Position numbers and translations under genes: made by a program. Of a DNA stretch of 64,000 nt, positions 20,788-33,831 are shown one piece after another (within the stretch, counting starts at the first letter, position 1; each line of letters opens with the position of its first letter). Where the stretch lies: NCBI GenBank assembly GCA_042571725.1, contig JBHPFN010000001.1, forward strand, positions 5,048-69,047, read 5' to 3'. The stretch is from Candidatus Omnitrophota bacterium. Lineage in GTDB: Bacteria; Omnitrophota; Gorgyraeia; VGKH01; JBHPFN01. The notes beneath the pieces were generated by a model that saw nothing but the letters and a program-made list of their open reading frames with translations, was not told the DNA's origin and did not search any database.

Positions 20788-21269
20788 GACCTACCCCCTC
20801 TCCAACATTTACCCCTGCCGTGTCCAGCGCCGCCGCCGTGGCCTGCTCGGGCCCACCCTTTATCATGAGGAGCCCTGTGGATATTCTGAGTCTTACACTT
20901 CGGACACTCTTCCGGCCTACCAGAACCATAGGGCTGACTCCATTCATGCTTACAATCATGACAGACAAAATGTTTCTCGACCATTTTAACTACACCTCCT
21001 TCAATTTTCAACGCCTTTGAATTAACTAAAGAATCCGCTATTTTTTTGTGGGCAGATGTAACAATATTGCCGAATGTCTGCCTCGAGACGCTCATCTTCT
21101 TAGCCGCCTCTTCCTGATACATGCCTTTTAAATCAGCAAGTCGTACTGCCTCGAGTTCATCCATGGTTAAATTCACTTCGCCCAACATATCAATAGGAAT
21201 ACCTCGAGGTTTAAAATAGTGTGCATCAGGTTCATGACGCACTCTTCTACATCGACAGGGTCTTGACAT
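20784..21269 (-). CDS. DUF134 (UPF0251) HTH protein with C-terminal zinc ribbon
   Basis: 161-aa ORF. N-terminal CRCRRV...YFKPRGIP, a sigma-r4-like HTH (MSVSRQTFGNIVTSAHKKI), a CHDC...CPKC zinc-ribbon pair, and a Gly/His/Arg-rich tail. Confidence 0.62.
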   Translation of the reverse strand: MSRPCRCRRVRHEPDAHYFKPRGIPIDMLGEVNLTMDELEAVRLADLKGMYQEEAAKKMSVSRQTFGNIVTSAHKKIADSLVNSKALKIEGGVVKMVEKHFVCHDCKHEWSQPYGSGRPEECPKCKTQNIHRAPHDKGWARAGHGGGAGHGRGKCWRGGRS

Positions 21270-21290
21270 AACTCGCTCCTTTGCTAGTTA

Positions 21291-21304
21291 TTGGCATATG
21301 CTAA
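21291..21304. promoter_or_regulatory. Near-palindrome TTGGCATATGCTAA between the -10 box and the RBS of the DUF134 gene (candidate operator)
   Basis: 14-bp inverted repeat with one mismatch around a perfect GCATATGC core, just downstream of the TATACT -10 box. Confidence 0.3.
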
Positions 21305-21308
21305 TAAT

Positions 21309-21337
21309 AGTATACAACGTCCTAATAAGCTTGTCAA
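21309..21337 (-). promoter_or_regulatory. sigma70-type promoter of the DUF134 operon (TTGACA-N17-TATACT)
   Basis: On the minus strand, TTGACA (21337-21332) and TATACT (21314-21309). Confidence 0.55.
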
Positions 21338-21355
21338 GGGGTGATCATAAAAAAA

Positions 21356-21577
21356 TTACGAAGTGTCTATTGAGATAACTTTAAGGCGGAATCTCTCTCC
21401 TCTTAAAATAGAGACAGAGTTTTTTCGAACGCTAAAATGATTGGCGAGCAACTTTATGAGTGCCTTGTTTGCTTTTCCTTCAACTGCGGGTGCGCGCACA
21501 TAAACTTTCACAACAGCTGTTTCTTGTTTAACCATTTCCTTTTTCGCACCAGCAACAACCTTTACATTAATAATCAT
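21356..21577 (-). CDS. DUF167 (YggU-like) small protein
   Basis: 73-aa ORF. VRAPAVEGKANKALIKLLA motif typical of DUF167. Its start overlaps the MATE stop. Confidence 0.6.
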   Translation of the reverse strand: MIINVKVVAGAKKEMVKQETAVVKVYVRAPAVEGKANKALIKLLANHFSVRKNSVSILRGERFRLKVISIDTS

Positions 21578-22989
21578 TTTTCCATATCACACAATGAGCT
21601 ACACGCGCCGTCCTTAAGATGCTTTTTCTTCCAATGGCCGGTTAAAAACCACAGCAAGATCCCCCCGCCATTAGCTAAATACGATACTGCGATTGCCCAC
21701 CACACACCCAGAAGACCAAGGCTGGTATACTTTGATAAAAAGAACGCAAGCGGTATTTGGATGACCCACAACGAAACAAACGTAATTATCATAGGAACGA
21801 GCGTATCGCCTGCACCTACGAGTGCACGGTTTAATACAACACCGAATGCAATAAAACAGTAAAACAATACCGTAATGCGAAAGAACGTCTTCCCTATTGC
21901 AATCACTTCGGGAGTACTATCAAAAAAGCGCAAGATGTTTTCTGCAAAAATATAAAACAGTACCCCCAAGACAACCATCATGATTAATCCAATCCCTACT
22001 GCTGTTAATGCGCTACGTTTGGCCTTATCAAGTTGTTTCGCACCAATATTTTGGCCTACCAGTGTCGCTGCGGTAGAGCCTAAGGCAAACAGAGGCATAA
22101 GAATTACCATCTGCACTCTCAATCCTATGCTATAAGCAGCCAGGGCATACGTGCCAAAACCTCCCACGATTGCCATAATCACAATCATCATCGTACTTCT
22201 AAAAAACATCTGCAAAGAACTTGGGACTCCAATCTTAAGCGTATCGATAAAGATCTTCGGCTGAAAACGAAATTCGGAAAATCGAATTTTGACATGCGAA
22301 TAGCCTTTAACCAATACATACATGACCACACCGCATGAAATAAGCTGAGAAAGTACCGATGCCAACGCTGCTCCGGAGGTACCCATCTTAGGAAAACCTA
22401 TGCCAAAAATAAACAAGGGATCAAGGATTATATTAAGGATATTAGCTACAATCATCACTATCATAGGAATAATCATATCACCGGAACCTAGCAGTATGGA
22501 GTTTGAGAGAAACAATACAAACATTACTACGCCGCCGGTTAAGATAATCCGTAGATAGTTGGTGCCAACAGATATTACTTCATTGCTCGCACCTAAAAGC
22601 CTAAGAAGATCTTCAGCAAAGATAAAGCCAACTACCGCTACAATTGCAGAGCCCAAAATCGCTAAAAGCAAAGAATGCATGGCTACCTGACTTGCGGCTT
22701 CTTGCTGCTTTGCACCGATATTTTGCGACACTAAAGAAACAGTTCCCGATGAAACACCGAAGATCAGCGTCACCAACACCATTATGATAGAACCGCTTAT
22801 TCCGACGGCTGCGATAGAAGCTGAACCTAGCCGACCGACCCAAAACATATCAACCAAACTCTGAGTGGTATGCAGTGCAGCGCTGACCATCAACGGAAGA
22901 GCTAAATGAATAATAGTAGGCAAGATTGGGCCGTTGACGACCTCTTTTTTTCGTAAAGATAGAAGTTTTTGCACCAGTGATTTAAACAT
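21574..22989 (-). CDS. MATE family efflux transporter
   Basis: 471-aa ORF with 12 predicted TM helices and an internal duplication. GASNEVISVGTNYLRI and VGQNIGAKQ patterns. Confidence 0.8.
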   Translation of the reverse strand: MFKSLVQKLLSLRKKEVVNGPILPTIIHLALPLMVSAALHTTQSLVDMFWVGRLGSASIAAVGISGSIIMVLVTLIFGVSSGTVSLVSQNIGAKQQEAASQVAMHSLLLAILGSAIVAVVGFIFAEDLLRLLGASNEVISVGTNYLRIILTGGVVMFVLFLSNSILLGSGDMIIPMIVMIVANILNIILDPLFIFGIGFPKMGTSGAALASVLSQLISCGVVMYVLVKGYSHVKIRFSEFRFQPKIFIDTLKIGVPSSLQMFFRSTMMIVIMAIVGGFGTYALAAYSIGLRVQMVILMPLFALGSTAATLVGQNIGAKQLDKAKRSALTAVGIGLIMMVVLGVLFYIFAENILRFFDSTPEVIAIGKTFFRITVLFYCFIAFGVVLNRALVGAGDTLVPMIITFVSLWVIQIPLAFFLSKYTSLGLLGVWWAIAVSYLANGGGILLWFLTGHWKKKHLKDGACSSLCDMEK

Positions 22990-23044
22990 AGGATTATATC
23001 TTATCAGAAAAAGATGTTCGATAAAAGGAATTTAAGATAGGCTG

Positions 23045-24682
<1,638 letters not shown>

Positions 24683-24690
24683 TTACATTG

Positions 24691-26208
24691 TTAGGCCACA
24701 AAGAGATTCGCGCTGGAGAAATTCGGGTCGCTGGTAAGATTGACCCCGAGCTTACGTAGCCCGGCCTCGTCGCCGGGGGTAGGCATATGGGTGATATGAA
24801 CTTCACATCCTTGGAGTTCTTGTAATTTCTCCATTGCCAGTTGCGATGTAGAATTTGTGGCAGCACTAATACTTAAGGCGATCAACGCCTCTTCTAAATC
24901 TAAACTTACGGTTTTACCCTTAAGCGTATTCTTCTTTAGATTTCCTATTGATTTTATGATGCTGGGTGACAGTAGATGAATCTTATCAGGAATATTCGCA
25001 AGTTTCTTAATTGAGTTTAGTACTAAACTTGCGGTTGCATGCATTAGCGTAGAATTTTTTCCCATAATAATCGAACCGTCGCGAAGCTCAATCGCTGCTC
25101 CGCAAAAAATTCCCTTATTACCTTTTCCCTTTTTCTCAGCTTCGCGTGCTGCCTTGCGTGCCGGCTCAACCACTACTCTGTCTTTTGACTCAAGAGAAAG
25201 CTGCTCCATAATAAGCTTTGCTCTATCGACGGTTTCTTGATCAACAAATCCAAGTGCATATTCGCAGCTGTATCTAAAAAACCTACGGATGATTTCCTGT
25301 TTTGCCGCAGCTTTTACGGTATCGTCATCAACAATACCAAACCCTGCTCGATTAACCCCCATATCGGTAGGAGATTGATACACGGATTCGGCACCGGTAA
25401 TTTTCTCCAGGATCCTTTTTAATACAGGAAATACTTCTACATCACGATTATAGTTAATCGAGGTCTCGCCGTATTTTTCTAAATGAAACGGATCAACTAA
25501 ATTAAAATCTCTTAAATCTGCAGTCGCTGCCTCATAGGCAACGTTCACCGGATGTTTTAAAGGAATACTCCAAATCGGAAAAGTTTCGAATTTCGCATAC
25601 CCAGATTTTTTTCCTTGCCTATAATCATGATACAGCTGCGATAAACAGGTGGCTAATTTACCACTGCCCGGACCGGGTGCGGTTACCACAACCAATGGTT
25701 TTTTGGTCTCAATATAGGCATTTGCGCCGTAGCCTTCATCGCTGACAATCGTATCGATATCCGTAGGATACCCTTTGGTAAATTTATGGGTATACACTTT
25801 TATCCGCCGGCGCTCCAGTTTATTTTTGAATATTTTAGCTGCGGGCTGATCATCATAGCGTGTAATCACTACTGCTCGGATTTTTAAATCCCAGTCGCTT
25901 AAATCATCAATGAGCTTGAGCGCATCAACATCGTAAGTAATACCAAAATCAGCGCGCACCTTTCTGCGTTCGATGTCACCGGCATAAATACACAAAATAA
26001 TGTCTGCGCGGTCTTTGAGTTTCTGCAAAAGACGCATCTTCACATTCGGATCAAACCCCGGTAACACGCGTGATGCATGATAATCGAAAAGCAGCTTGCC
26101 ACCAAACTCAAGATATAATTTATCATCAAACTTCTCCACGCGTTGTAAAATTGCCGCAGTTTGTTCTTTCAAGTATTTTTCATTATCAAAACCTTTAATC
26201 TTAGTCAT
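24691..26208 (-). CDS. DUF1846 (UPF0371) family protein
   Basis: Motifs [65 protein letters not shown]. Start set at MTKIKGF (26208) behind a GAGG RBS. Confidence 0.75.
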   Translation of the reverse strand: MTKIKGFDNEKYLKEQTAAILQRVEKFDDKLYLEFGGKLLFDYHASRVLPGFDPNVKMRLLQKLKDRADIILCIYAGDIERRKVRADFGITYDVDALKLIDDLSDWDLKIRAVVITRYDDQPAAKIFKNKLERRRIKVYTHKFTKGYPTDIDTIVSDEGYGANAYIETKKPLVVVTAPGPGSGKLATCLSQLYHDYRQGKKSGYAKFETFPIWSIPLKHPVNVAYEAATADLRDFNLVDPFHLEKYGETSINYNRDVEVFPVLKRILEKITGAESVYQSPTDMGVNRAGFGIVDDDTVKAAAKQEIIRRFFRYSCEYALGFVDQETVDRAKLIMEQLSLESKDRVVVEPARKAAREAEKKGKGNKGIFCGAAIELRDGSIIMGKNSTLMHATASLVLNSIKKLANIPDKIHLLSPSIIKSIGNLKKNTLKGKTVSLDLEEALIALSISAATNSTSQLAMEKLQELQGCEVHITHMPTPGDEAGLRKLGVNLTSDPNFSSANLFVA

Positions 26209-26240
26209 AATTATACCTCGCATGCCTGCACTATTCTTTT

Positions 26241-29200
26241 TTAAGTGCAGTACTCCTGAAGTGATTTAGGCTCCTCTACACTTTTCTTTGCTGCCTCAAT
26301 CCCCTCAACGCTCGCCTCGGCTGCAGCAAGTGTAGTAATATAGGGAATCTTATACTGTATTGCAGATCTGCGTATATAGCTGTCATCGAATTTACTGCTC
26401 TTGCCGACGGGGGTATTGATAATCATATGAATCTCTTTATTCTTAATCGCATCAACGATGTTTGGCCTACCTTCATGCATTTTCTTAATTAAAGTATTTT
26501 TTATCTTTTGTTCGGTTAGAAATTTACTCGTCCCTTCTGTAGCCAGCAGGGAGAATCCTAACTTTTCAAGTTTTTTCGCAATAGGAAGCAACTGTGTCTT
26601 ATCAACACTGCTGACCGTTAACAGAACACTTCCTTCAGTAGGAAGCCGCAGACCCGCTGCTTCTTCTGCTTTGTAAAAAGCCATTCCGAATGAATCCGCA
26701 ATACCCATCACTTCACCAGTTGCCCTCATCTCAGGGCCTAATACCGGATCTACATCCGGAAACATATTAAAGGGAAATACCGCTTCTTTAACCCCTATGT
26801 GAGAAAGTTCACGTTTCTTAAGCTCAGGAAAATCTTTGATCTTCTTACCAAGCATCATTTGGGTAGCAATGTGGGCAACCGGAATGCCTGCAACTTTAGA
26901 AACTAACGGAACCGTTCGAGATGCACGGGGATTAGCTTCAAGGATATATACCTTATCGTCACAAATAGCATATTGAATATTCATCAATCCTACCACCTTA
27001 AGCTCCTTAGCAATCTTGGCAGAATATTCTTCAATAGTCTTTAAGTGTTTTTTCTTAATAGTTCGAGTGGGAATCGCACAGGCAGAATCTCCTGAATGAA
27101 TACCAGCTAATTCAATATGTTCCATAACCGCTGCAACAAAAGTATCTTTTCCATCAGAAAGTGCATCGACCTCTGCTTCGGTTGCCTGTTCAAGAAACCG
27201 ATCGATAAGCATAGGGTGCTCGGGACTAACCCCGATAGCCTCTATTGCATATTGCATAAGCGAGGCCTCATCATAGACTACCTTCATACCTCTTCCACCT
27301 AAAACATACGAAGGCCGCACCATCAAAGGAAAACCAATCTTGGCTGCAATTGAAAACGCCTCGTCCAAAGAACGGGCAGTTCCGCTCTCTGGCTGAGGGA
27401 TACCTAAGGCGATCATCTTTTCCCGAAAACGCTCTCTGTCTTCTGCTAGATGAATACTCTCCGGACTCGTACCTAGAATCTTAACACCGTTGTCTTTTAA
27501 TTCTTGAGCGATATTGAGCGGTGTCTGTCCGCCAAACTGAACAATAACGCCTTCGGGTTTTTCTTTTTCGTAGATGGTCAAAACATCTTCTACGGTCAAT
27601 GGTTCAAAATATAATTTGTTTGAAGTATCATAATCGGTTGAGACGGTCTCAGGATTACAGTTGACCATTATTGATTCAAACCCTTCGTCGCGCAGCGCAA
27701 ATGCCGCATGTACACAGGTATAATCAAACTCAATTCCCTGGCCGATTCGATTTGGCCCGCCGCCTAAAATCATAATTTTCTTATTGGGTGAAACCTTAAC
27801 TTCATCCTCGCCGATATAGGTCGAATAATAGTATGCCGCGTTTTCCACGCCGCTCACCGGTACCACATTAAACCTACCGTATTTGCCAATTTTTATTCTT
27901 CTCTCTCGCACCTCTTTTTCTTTCACGTTAAACAATCCCGATAAGTACCGATCTGAAAAACCCCATTCTTTTGCCTTAGCCAATTTCTCATCAGGCAATT
28001 CATCCCACGAGTAGGTGCATAGCTCTTCCTCGTATTCAACCAACTCTTTCATCTGCGTAATAAACCATCGGCCGATAAAGGTCATTTGATAGAGCTCTTC
28101 TACCTCCATGCCTTTACGCAGGGCTTCATACATTAAAAAGATGCGCTCGCTCGAAGGATGCGCTAATCTCTGCTTCAACTCTTCGAGTGAGAGTTCTTTA
28201 AAATCTTTTGCGCCACCCAAACCGTAACGTTTTATCTCCAGAGAACGAATTGCTTTTTGGAAAGCCTCTTTGTATGTTTTACCGATGCTCATCACTTCGC
28301 CTACGGCCTGCATTTGCGTACCAAGAACATCCTTTGCTTCAGTAAACTTCTCAAACGCCCAGCGCGCGAATTTAATCACCACATAATCGCCCCACGGTTC
28401 GTACTTCTCGAGCGTTCCTTTTCTCCAATAAGGAATTTCATCCATGGTTTTTCCGGCGGCGAGTTTCGTAGAAATCCGAGCAATAGGAAAACCCGTTGCC
28501 TTTGAAGCAAGCGCGGATGACCGCGATGTCCTCGGGTTAATCTCTATGACTACCAATCTATCGTCTTTGAGGTTGTGGGCAAACTGGATATTGGTCCCAC
28601 CAACCACTCCAATTGCATCTACAATTTTATAAGAAAGCTCTTGCATGCGTTTCTGCAGCGGCTCAGGAACGGTCAGCATAGGCGCTGAGCAAAAACTATC
28701 CCCGGTATGCACACCCATCGCATCGATATTCTCAATAAAACAGACAGTAATTTTTTGATCCTTGTCGTCCCGCACAACCTCAAGCTCCAACTCTTCCCAA
28801 CCAAAAACAGATTCTTCCACCAATACCTGATGAACGATGCTGGCTGCAAGTCCTCGCGTGACGATTACCCGCAGTTCTTCAACATTATAGGCCATCCCGC
28901 CTCCGGTTCCTCCTAAAGTATATGCAGGACGCAACACTACCGGGTAACCAAGCTCCTCCGCAATCTTTTCTGCCTCTTCAACAGAATGCGACGGCGCAGA
29001 GCGCGCCATAGAAATACCTAATTTATTCATTGCCGCTTTAAATGCAATACGGTCTTCTCCGCGCTCAATGGCATCTGCCTTTACACCGATAATCTCTACA
29101 CCGTATTTTTTTAATATCCCCGCTTTATGAAGAGCTGAGGCAAGATTAAGTCCGGTCTGGCCCCCTAAATTGGGTAAAAGCCCATCTGGCTTCTCTTTCT

Positions 29201-29435
29201 TAATAATCCTCTCTATGCTTTCGACCGTAAGAGGCTCAATATATGTTTTATCTGCCGTCCCAGGATCAGTCATAATCGTAGCAGGATTCGAATTAACCAG
29301 GATTACTTCATACCCTTCTTCTTTCAATGCCCTGCAGGCCTGCGTTCCGGAATAATCAAATTCGCATGCCTGTCCGATAATAATCGGCCCGGAGCCAATG
29401 ATCAAAACTTTGTGAATGTCTGTTCTCCTTGCCAT
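26241..29435 (-). CDS. carB: Carbamoyl-phosphate synthase large subunit, paralog 1 (full length)
   Basis: 1064-aa ORF with both ATP-grasp halves and the C-terminal MGS-like domain. Own RBS (AAAGGAGAA). 30 nt downstream of paralog 2. Confidence 0.9.
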   Translation of the reverse strand: MARRTDIHKVLIIGSGPIIIGQACEFDYSGTQACRALKEEGYEVILVNSNPATIMTDPGTADKTYIEPLTVESIERIIKKEKPDGLLPNLGGQTGLNLASALHKAGILKKYGVEIIGVKADAIERGEDRIAFKAAMNKLGISMARSAPSHSVEEAEKIAEELGYPVVLRPAYTLGGTGGGMAYNVEELRVIVTRGLAASIVHQVLVEESVFGWEELELEVVRDDKDQKITVCFIENIDAMGVHTGDSFCSAPMLTVPEPLQKRMQELSYKIVDAIGVVGGTNIQFAHNLKDDRLVVIEINPRTSRSSALASKATGFPIARISTKLAAGKTMDEIPYWRKGTLEKYEPWGDYVVIKFARWAFEKFTEAKDVLGTQMQAVGEVMSIGKTYKEAFQKAIRSLEIKRYGLGGAKDFKELSLEELKQRLAHPSSERIFLMYEALRKGMEVEELYQMTFIGRWFITQMKELVEYEEELCTYSWDELPDEKLAKAKEWGFSDRYLSGLFNVKEKEVRERRIKIGKYGRFNVVPVSGVENAAYYYSTYIGEDEVKVSPNKKIMILGGGPNRIGQGIEFDYTCVHAAFALRDEGFESIMVNCNPETVSTDYDTSNKLYFEPLTVEDVLTIYEKEKPEGVIVQFGGQTPLNIAQELKDNGVKILGTSPESIHLAEDRERFREKMIALGIPQPESGTARSLDEAFSIAAKIGFPLMVRPSYVLGGRGMKVVYDEASLMQYAIEAIGVSPEHPMLIDRFLEQATEAEVDALSDGKDTFVAAVMEHIELAGIHSGDSACAIPTRTIKKKHLKTIEEYSAKIAKELKVVGLMNIQYAICDDKVYILEANPRASRTVPLVSKVAGIPVAHIATQMMLGKKIKDFPELKKRELSHIGVKEAVFPFNMFPDVDPVLGPEMRATGEVMGIADSFGMAFYKAEEAAGLRLPTEGSVLLTVSSVDKTQLLPIAKKLEKLGFSLLATEGTSKFLTEQKIKNTLIKKMHEGRPNIVDAIKNKEIHMIINTPVGKSSKFDDSYIRRSAIQYKIPYITTLAAAEASVEGIEAAKKSVEEPKSLQEYCT

Positions 29436-29465
29436 ACGTTCTCCTTTAGGTTTTCTAAGATATGC

Positions 29466-32400
29466 TTATAGCAACACTGTTTTAGAATATTCCTGAATCG
29501 ACTTAACGACAAAATCTGCTTTTGCTACTGATTCGATACCGTTTACCGCTGCCTGTGCACCTTGAATAGTAGTAATGCTCGGGATAGCATGTAATACTGC
29601 GAGGCTGCGTATCGGCCTCATATCAGATTGACCCCGCTTACCCGAAGGCGTATTGATAATAAGCTGGATCTCATCTTTTCTAATTAAATCTAATACACTG
29701 TTTTCCCCCTCTCCGATTTTTCCTACCACCTTACAATCGATATTATTCGACTGAAACACCTTTGCTGTACCTTTGGTGGCAACGATATCAAATCCTAAAT
29801 CCTGTAATTTTTTGGCAATAAACACTATATCTCTTTTATCATCGTTCTTAACACTTATAAATACCGTGCCCTTGCTCGGCAATGCCTGACCAGCGGCAAT
29901 TTGTGATTTATAAAAAGCGACTCCGAATGATGCATCCACTCCCATTACTTCTCCGGTTGATTTCATCTCAGGGCCGAGAATGATATCTACGCCTGAGAAC
30001 CGCGAGAACGGCAAGACCGACTCTTTCACTGAAAAGTGAGCTACGCTTTTCTCTTTTGTCATTCCGAGTTCTTTAAGCCGCTTACCGACCATCGCTTTTG
30101 CGGCCAGCTTTGCTAAGGCAACGTTGGTCGCCTTACTGACAAACGGCACTGTTCTTGATGCCCGAGGATTTACCTCCAATACGTAGACCGCATCCCCCTT
30201 AACAGCAAATTGAATATTTATTAAACCCTTCACACGCAATTCTCTGGATAACGCAAGCGTATATTTTTTAATCGTCGCGATAATCTCGTCGCTTAAGGTA
30301 TGCGGTGGCAATACGCAGGCAGAATCTCCCGAATGAATCCCTGCACCTTCAATGTGTTCCATGATGCCACCGATAATAGTTGCTCTCCCGTCAGAGAGGG
30401 CATCAACGTCAACCTCTACCGCATCTTCCAAGAACTTATCAATGAGAATCGGATGTTCTTCAGAGGCTTCCTGTGCGTAAGCAATAAACTCTTGCAGAGC
30501 TGCCTCATCATACACAATCCTCATCGCCCTACCGCCTAAAACATACGAAGGCCGCACCAATACAGGATACCCGATTCTCTTGGCAATCCTTTTTGCTTCC
30601 TTTGCAGATGTAGCAGACCCGTTTGCAGGCTGGTTAATCCTTAATTTTTTCACCACGCGTGCAAATTTATCTCTATCCTCTGCCCTGTCGATTGAGGCAA
30701 CGCTCGTTCCAATAATAGGTGCTCCGGCCTCTTCGAGTTGTTTCGCTAAATTAAGCGGGGTCTGTCCGCCAAACTGTACGATCACCCCGTCGGGCTTCTC
30801 CTTATCGATTATATTCATTACATCTTCAAAGGTAAGCGGCTCAAAATACAATTTATCTGATGTATCATAATCAGTCGATACTGTCTCAGGGTTTGAATTA
30901 ACCATAATAGTTTCATATCCGAGCTCTTTTAGAGCAAATGAGGCATGGCAACAACAATAATCAAATTCTATTCCTTGCCCAATGCGATTCGGACCACCTC
31001 CTAAAATCATAATCTTCTTTTTCTTGGAGGGGCGAGTTTCATTCTCAGTTTCATAAGTAGAATAGTAATATGGAGTGTACGCCTCGAATTCTGCGGCACA
31101 GGTATCAACTAATTTATAGGTTGCTTCTATCCCCTGTTTTTTTCGTAAGGCGCGCACTGTTACCTCATCAGAATTCATAATCGCTGCCAACTGCCTGTCG
31201 CTAAAACCGTATTGCTTCGCTTCTTTTAATGATTGCGGACTTAATGCTTTGCTTCGGTTGAATTCCGCAGTTAGTTGATTTTCAAACTCTACAATCTGAC
31301 GGATATTATCAACAAACCAAGGATCTATTGAGCTCAACTCTATAATGTCCTCAACGCTGTATCCTTTCTGTAGGGCATATTTCACATAAAAAATGCGCGA
31401 TGCATTCGGCTCTTGCAACCGAAGCCGCATCTTTTCATAAGAAATCTGATTAAACTCTAGCTTATTATCTAATCCGCTATGGCCAATCTCTAAACCGCGT
31501 AATCCTTTCTGGAGCGCCTCTTTAAAGGTCCTGCCGATTGCCATAGTCTCGCCTACGGATTTCATTGAAATTCCCAAGACATCCTTTGCCTCGGGAAACT
31601 TCTCAAACGTAAACCGCGGAATCTTTACCACGCAATAGTCTATTGTCGGCTCAAACGAAGCTGGTGTTTCTTTTGTAATATCGTTTTGAATCTCATCAAG
31701 CGTATAGCCTACGGCAAGCTTGGCTGCAAATTTCGCTATGGGAAATCCGGTTGCCTTACTTGCTAACGCTGAACTTCTGGAGACGCGAGGATTCATCTCA
31801 ATTACCACCATCCGTCCGTCTTTGGGATCGACTGCAAATTGAATATTCGAACCGCCCGTCTCAACTCCGATTTCACGGATTATCGCAAGAGAAGCGTCTC
31901 TCATCTTCTGATATTCTCTATCAGTCAATGTTTGCGCAGGGGCAACGGTAATAGAATCTCCCGTATGGATTCCCATAGGATCAAAATTCTCAATCGAACA
32001 GACAATCACAACATTATCTTTTTTATCACGCATCACTTCGAGCTCATACTCTTTCCAGCCCAAAACCGATTCCTCGATAAGGATTTCGCTCGTCATGCTG
32101 TTTTTTAAACCCAATGCCGCGATGTTTTCAAACTCTTCTTTGGTAGTAGTAATGCCTCCTCCAGTACCACCTAAGGTAAAACTGGGTCGGATAATCACCG
32201 GTAGCCCAATTGTAGTAAGCGCTGCGCGGGCCTCTTCCATAGTATGGGCAAGCGCGCTCTTGGGTAAATCAAGTCCGATCTTTTGCATTGCCTTCTTGAA
32301 ATGTTCTCGGTTTTCTGCTTTTTTAATGACATGATAATCCGCACCGATCATCTTCACGTTGTATTTCTCTAATGTGCCCCGCTCAAAAACTTTTATTGCG

Positions 32401-32693
32401 GTATTAAGACCTGTCTGGCCGCCGAGGGTAGGAAGTAACGCATCAGGACGCTCTTTTTCGATTATTTTTTCAACCGTCTCGGGCGTTATCGGTTCGATGT
32501 AAGTAGCATCAGCTATTTCTGGGTCGGTCATAATCGTTGCAGGATTAGAGTTAACAAGAATTACCTCATACCCCTCTTCCCTTAATGCCTTACAGGCTTG
32601 CGTTCCGGAATAATCAAACTCACAGGCTTGACTAATAATAATTGGGCCTGAACCGATAATAAGTATCTTATGAATATCTGTCCGCTTAGGCAT
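29466..32693 (-). CDS. carB: Carbamoyl-phosphate synthase large subunit, paralog 2 (full length, coupled to carA)
   Basis: 1075-aa ORF with the same domain layout. Starts 2 nt after the carA stop. Confidence 0.92.
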   Translation of the reverse strand: MPKRTDIHKILIIGSGPIIISQACEFDYSGTQACKALREEGYEVILVNSNPATIMTDPEIADATYIEPITPETVEKIIEKERPDALLPTLGGQTGLNTAIKVFERGTLEKYNVKMIGADYHVIKKAENREHFKKAMQKIGLDLPKSALAHTMEEARAALTTIGLPVIIRPSFTLGGTGGGITTTKEEFENIAALGLKNSMTSEILIEESVLGWKEYELEVMRDKKDNVVIVCSIENFDPMGIHTGDSITVAPAQTLTDREYQKMRDASLAIIREIGVETGGSNIQFAVDPKDGRMVVIEMNPRVSRSSALASKATGFPIAKFAAKLAVGYTLDEIQNDITKETPASFEPTIDYCVVKIPRFTFEKFPEAKDVLGISMKSVGETMAIGRTFKEALQKGLRGLEIGHSGLDNKLEFNQISYEKMRLRLQEPNASRIFYVKYALQKGYSVEDIIELSSIDPWFVDNIRQIVEFENQLTAEFNRSKALSPQSLKEAKQYGFSDRQLAAIMNSDEVTVRALRKKQGIEATYKLVDTCAAEFEAYTPYYYSTYETENETRPSKKKKIMILGGGPNRIGQGIEFDYCCCHASFALKELGYETIMVNSNPETVSTDYDTSDKLYFEPLTFEDVMNIIDKEKPDGVIVQFGGQTPLNLAKQLEEAGAPIIGTSVASIDRAEDRDKFARVVKKLRINQPANGSATSAKEAKRIAKRIGYPVLVRPSYVLGGRAMRIVYDEAALQEFIAYAQEASEEHPILIDKFLEDAVEVDVDALSDGRATIIGGIMEHIEGAGIHSGDSACVLPPHTLSDEIIATIKKYTLALSRELRVKGLINIQFAVKGDAVYVLEVNPRASRTVPFVSKATNVALAKLAAKAMVGKRLKELGMTKEKSVAHFSVKESVLPFSRFSGVDIILGPEMKSTGEVMGVDASFGVAFYKSQIAAGQALPSKGTVFISVKNDDKRDIVFIAKKLQDLGFDIVATKGTAKVFQSNNIDCKVVGKIGEGENSVLDLIRKDEIQLIINTPSGKRGQSDMRPIRSLAVLHAIPSITTIQGAQAAVNGIESVAKADFVVKSIQEYSKTVLL

Positions 32694-32695
32694 GG

Positions 32696-33808
32696 TTATC
32701 GCTTAAATTCTTTTATCATCTTTACAAACGTCCCAAATAAATAGTTGGCATCATGAGGACCGGGGCCAGCCTCGGGATGAAATTGTACTGATGCGATTGG
32801 TAGCTTCTTGTGTCGCATTCCTTCAAGAGTATTATCATTGAGATTCATGTGGGTAATTTCTATATCATCCTTATTCAATGAATCTATATCCACGCAGAAC
32901 CCGTGGTTTTGAACAGTGATATCAATCTTGCCGGTTTTTAAATCCTTTACCGGCTGATTTCCGCCGTGGTGGCCGAATTTAAGTTTATAGGTCTTCCCTC
33001 CCAGAGCGAGTCCGAGTATTTGTTGACCCAGGCAAATGCCAAATATGGGAAGCTTACCAATGAGCTGCTTTACCGTATCTACGACGTAGGGAACGCCTTC
33101 AGGATCTCCCGGACCGTTTGAAAGTAGTATTCCGTCTGGTTTTTGGCTTGCGATAAGCCCCGCTTTTGAACTGGCAGGCATTACAACGACCTCGCAATTA
33201 TTTTCAACCAAATGCCGTAAGATATTGAATTTTACTCCACAATCGAGCACAACTACTCTGTGTTTTTTACTTTTTTTAGCGCTTGCGCTTATTGATTCGT
33301 TCCAGATAAAACTCTGCTTGCAGGCAACGTCTTTCACGCAATCTCTGCCGACTAATCCCTGCGAGAGGCGCGCTTTCTTTACCAAGCTCTCATCATTTAA
33401 ATCTTTCGAAGAGATCACTGCTTTCATCGCGCCTTCAAGCCTTATATGACGGGCGAGGGCACGGGTATCAACGCCAGTAATCCCTACAATGTTATGTTCT
33501 TTGAGATATTCATCCAGGCTCTTCTGTGCCCTCCAATTACTTACTATGGCAGAATTTTCTCTGACCACAAACCCTTCCACAAATGGCTTATGCGATTCAA
33601 CGTCATCAGGATTAATACCGTAATTGCCGATTAACGGATAGGTCATGGTAACGATTTGACCTTTGTAGGAAGGATCGGTAAGGATTTCCTGATACCCGGT
33701 GAGACTGGTGTTGAAGACGACTTCGCCTTCGGTTTCTGTGCTTGCGCCAAAAGAAAAACCTTCAAAAATTGTGCCGTCTTCGAGTGCGATCTTTGCTTTT
33801 AACTTCAT
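32696..33808 (-). CDS. carA: Carbamoyl-phosphate synthase small (glutaminase) subunit
   Basis: 370-aa [10 protein letters not shown] catalytic Cys motif, HGGNQPV, and C-terminal FHPEA. Confidence 0.9.
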   Translation of the reverse strand: MKLKAKIALEDGTIFEGFSFGASTETEGEVVFNTSLTGYQEILTDPSYKGQIVTMTYPLIGNYGINPDDVESHKPFVEGFVVRENSAIVSNWRAQKSLDEYLKEHNIVGITGVDTRALARHIRLEGAMKAVISSKDLNDESLVKKARLSQGLVGRDCVKDVACKQSFIWNESISASAKKSKKHRVVVLDCGVKFNILRHLVENNCEVVVMPASSKAGLIASQKPDGILLSNGPGDPEGVPYVVDTVKQLIGKLPIFGICLGQQILGLALGGKTYKLKFGHHGGNQPVKDLKTGKIDITVQNHGFCVDIDSLNKDDIEITHMNLNDNTLEGMRHKKLPIASVQFHPEAGPGPHDANYLFGTFVKMIKEFKR

Positions 33809-33831
33809 ATTCTACTATAGGGAGGAACTTT

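Noticed and set aside
26241-32693. The tandem carB genes as an assembly duplication.
   Set aside because: The two copies differ at many amino-acid positions throughout and have different lengths and intergenic contexts.
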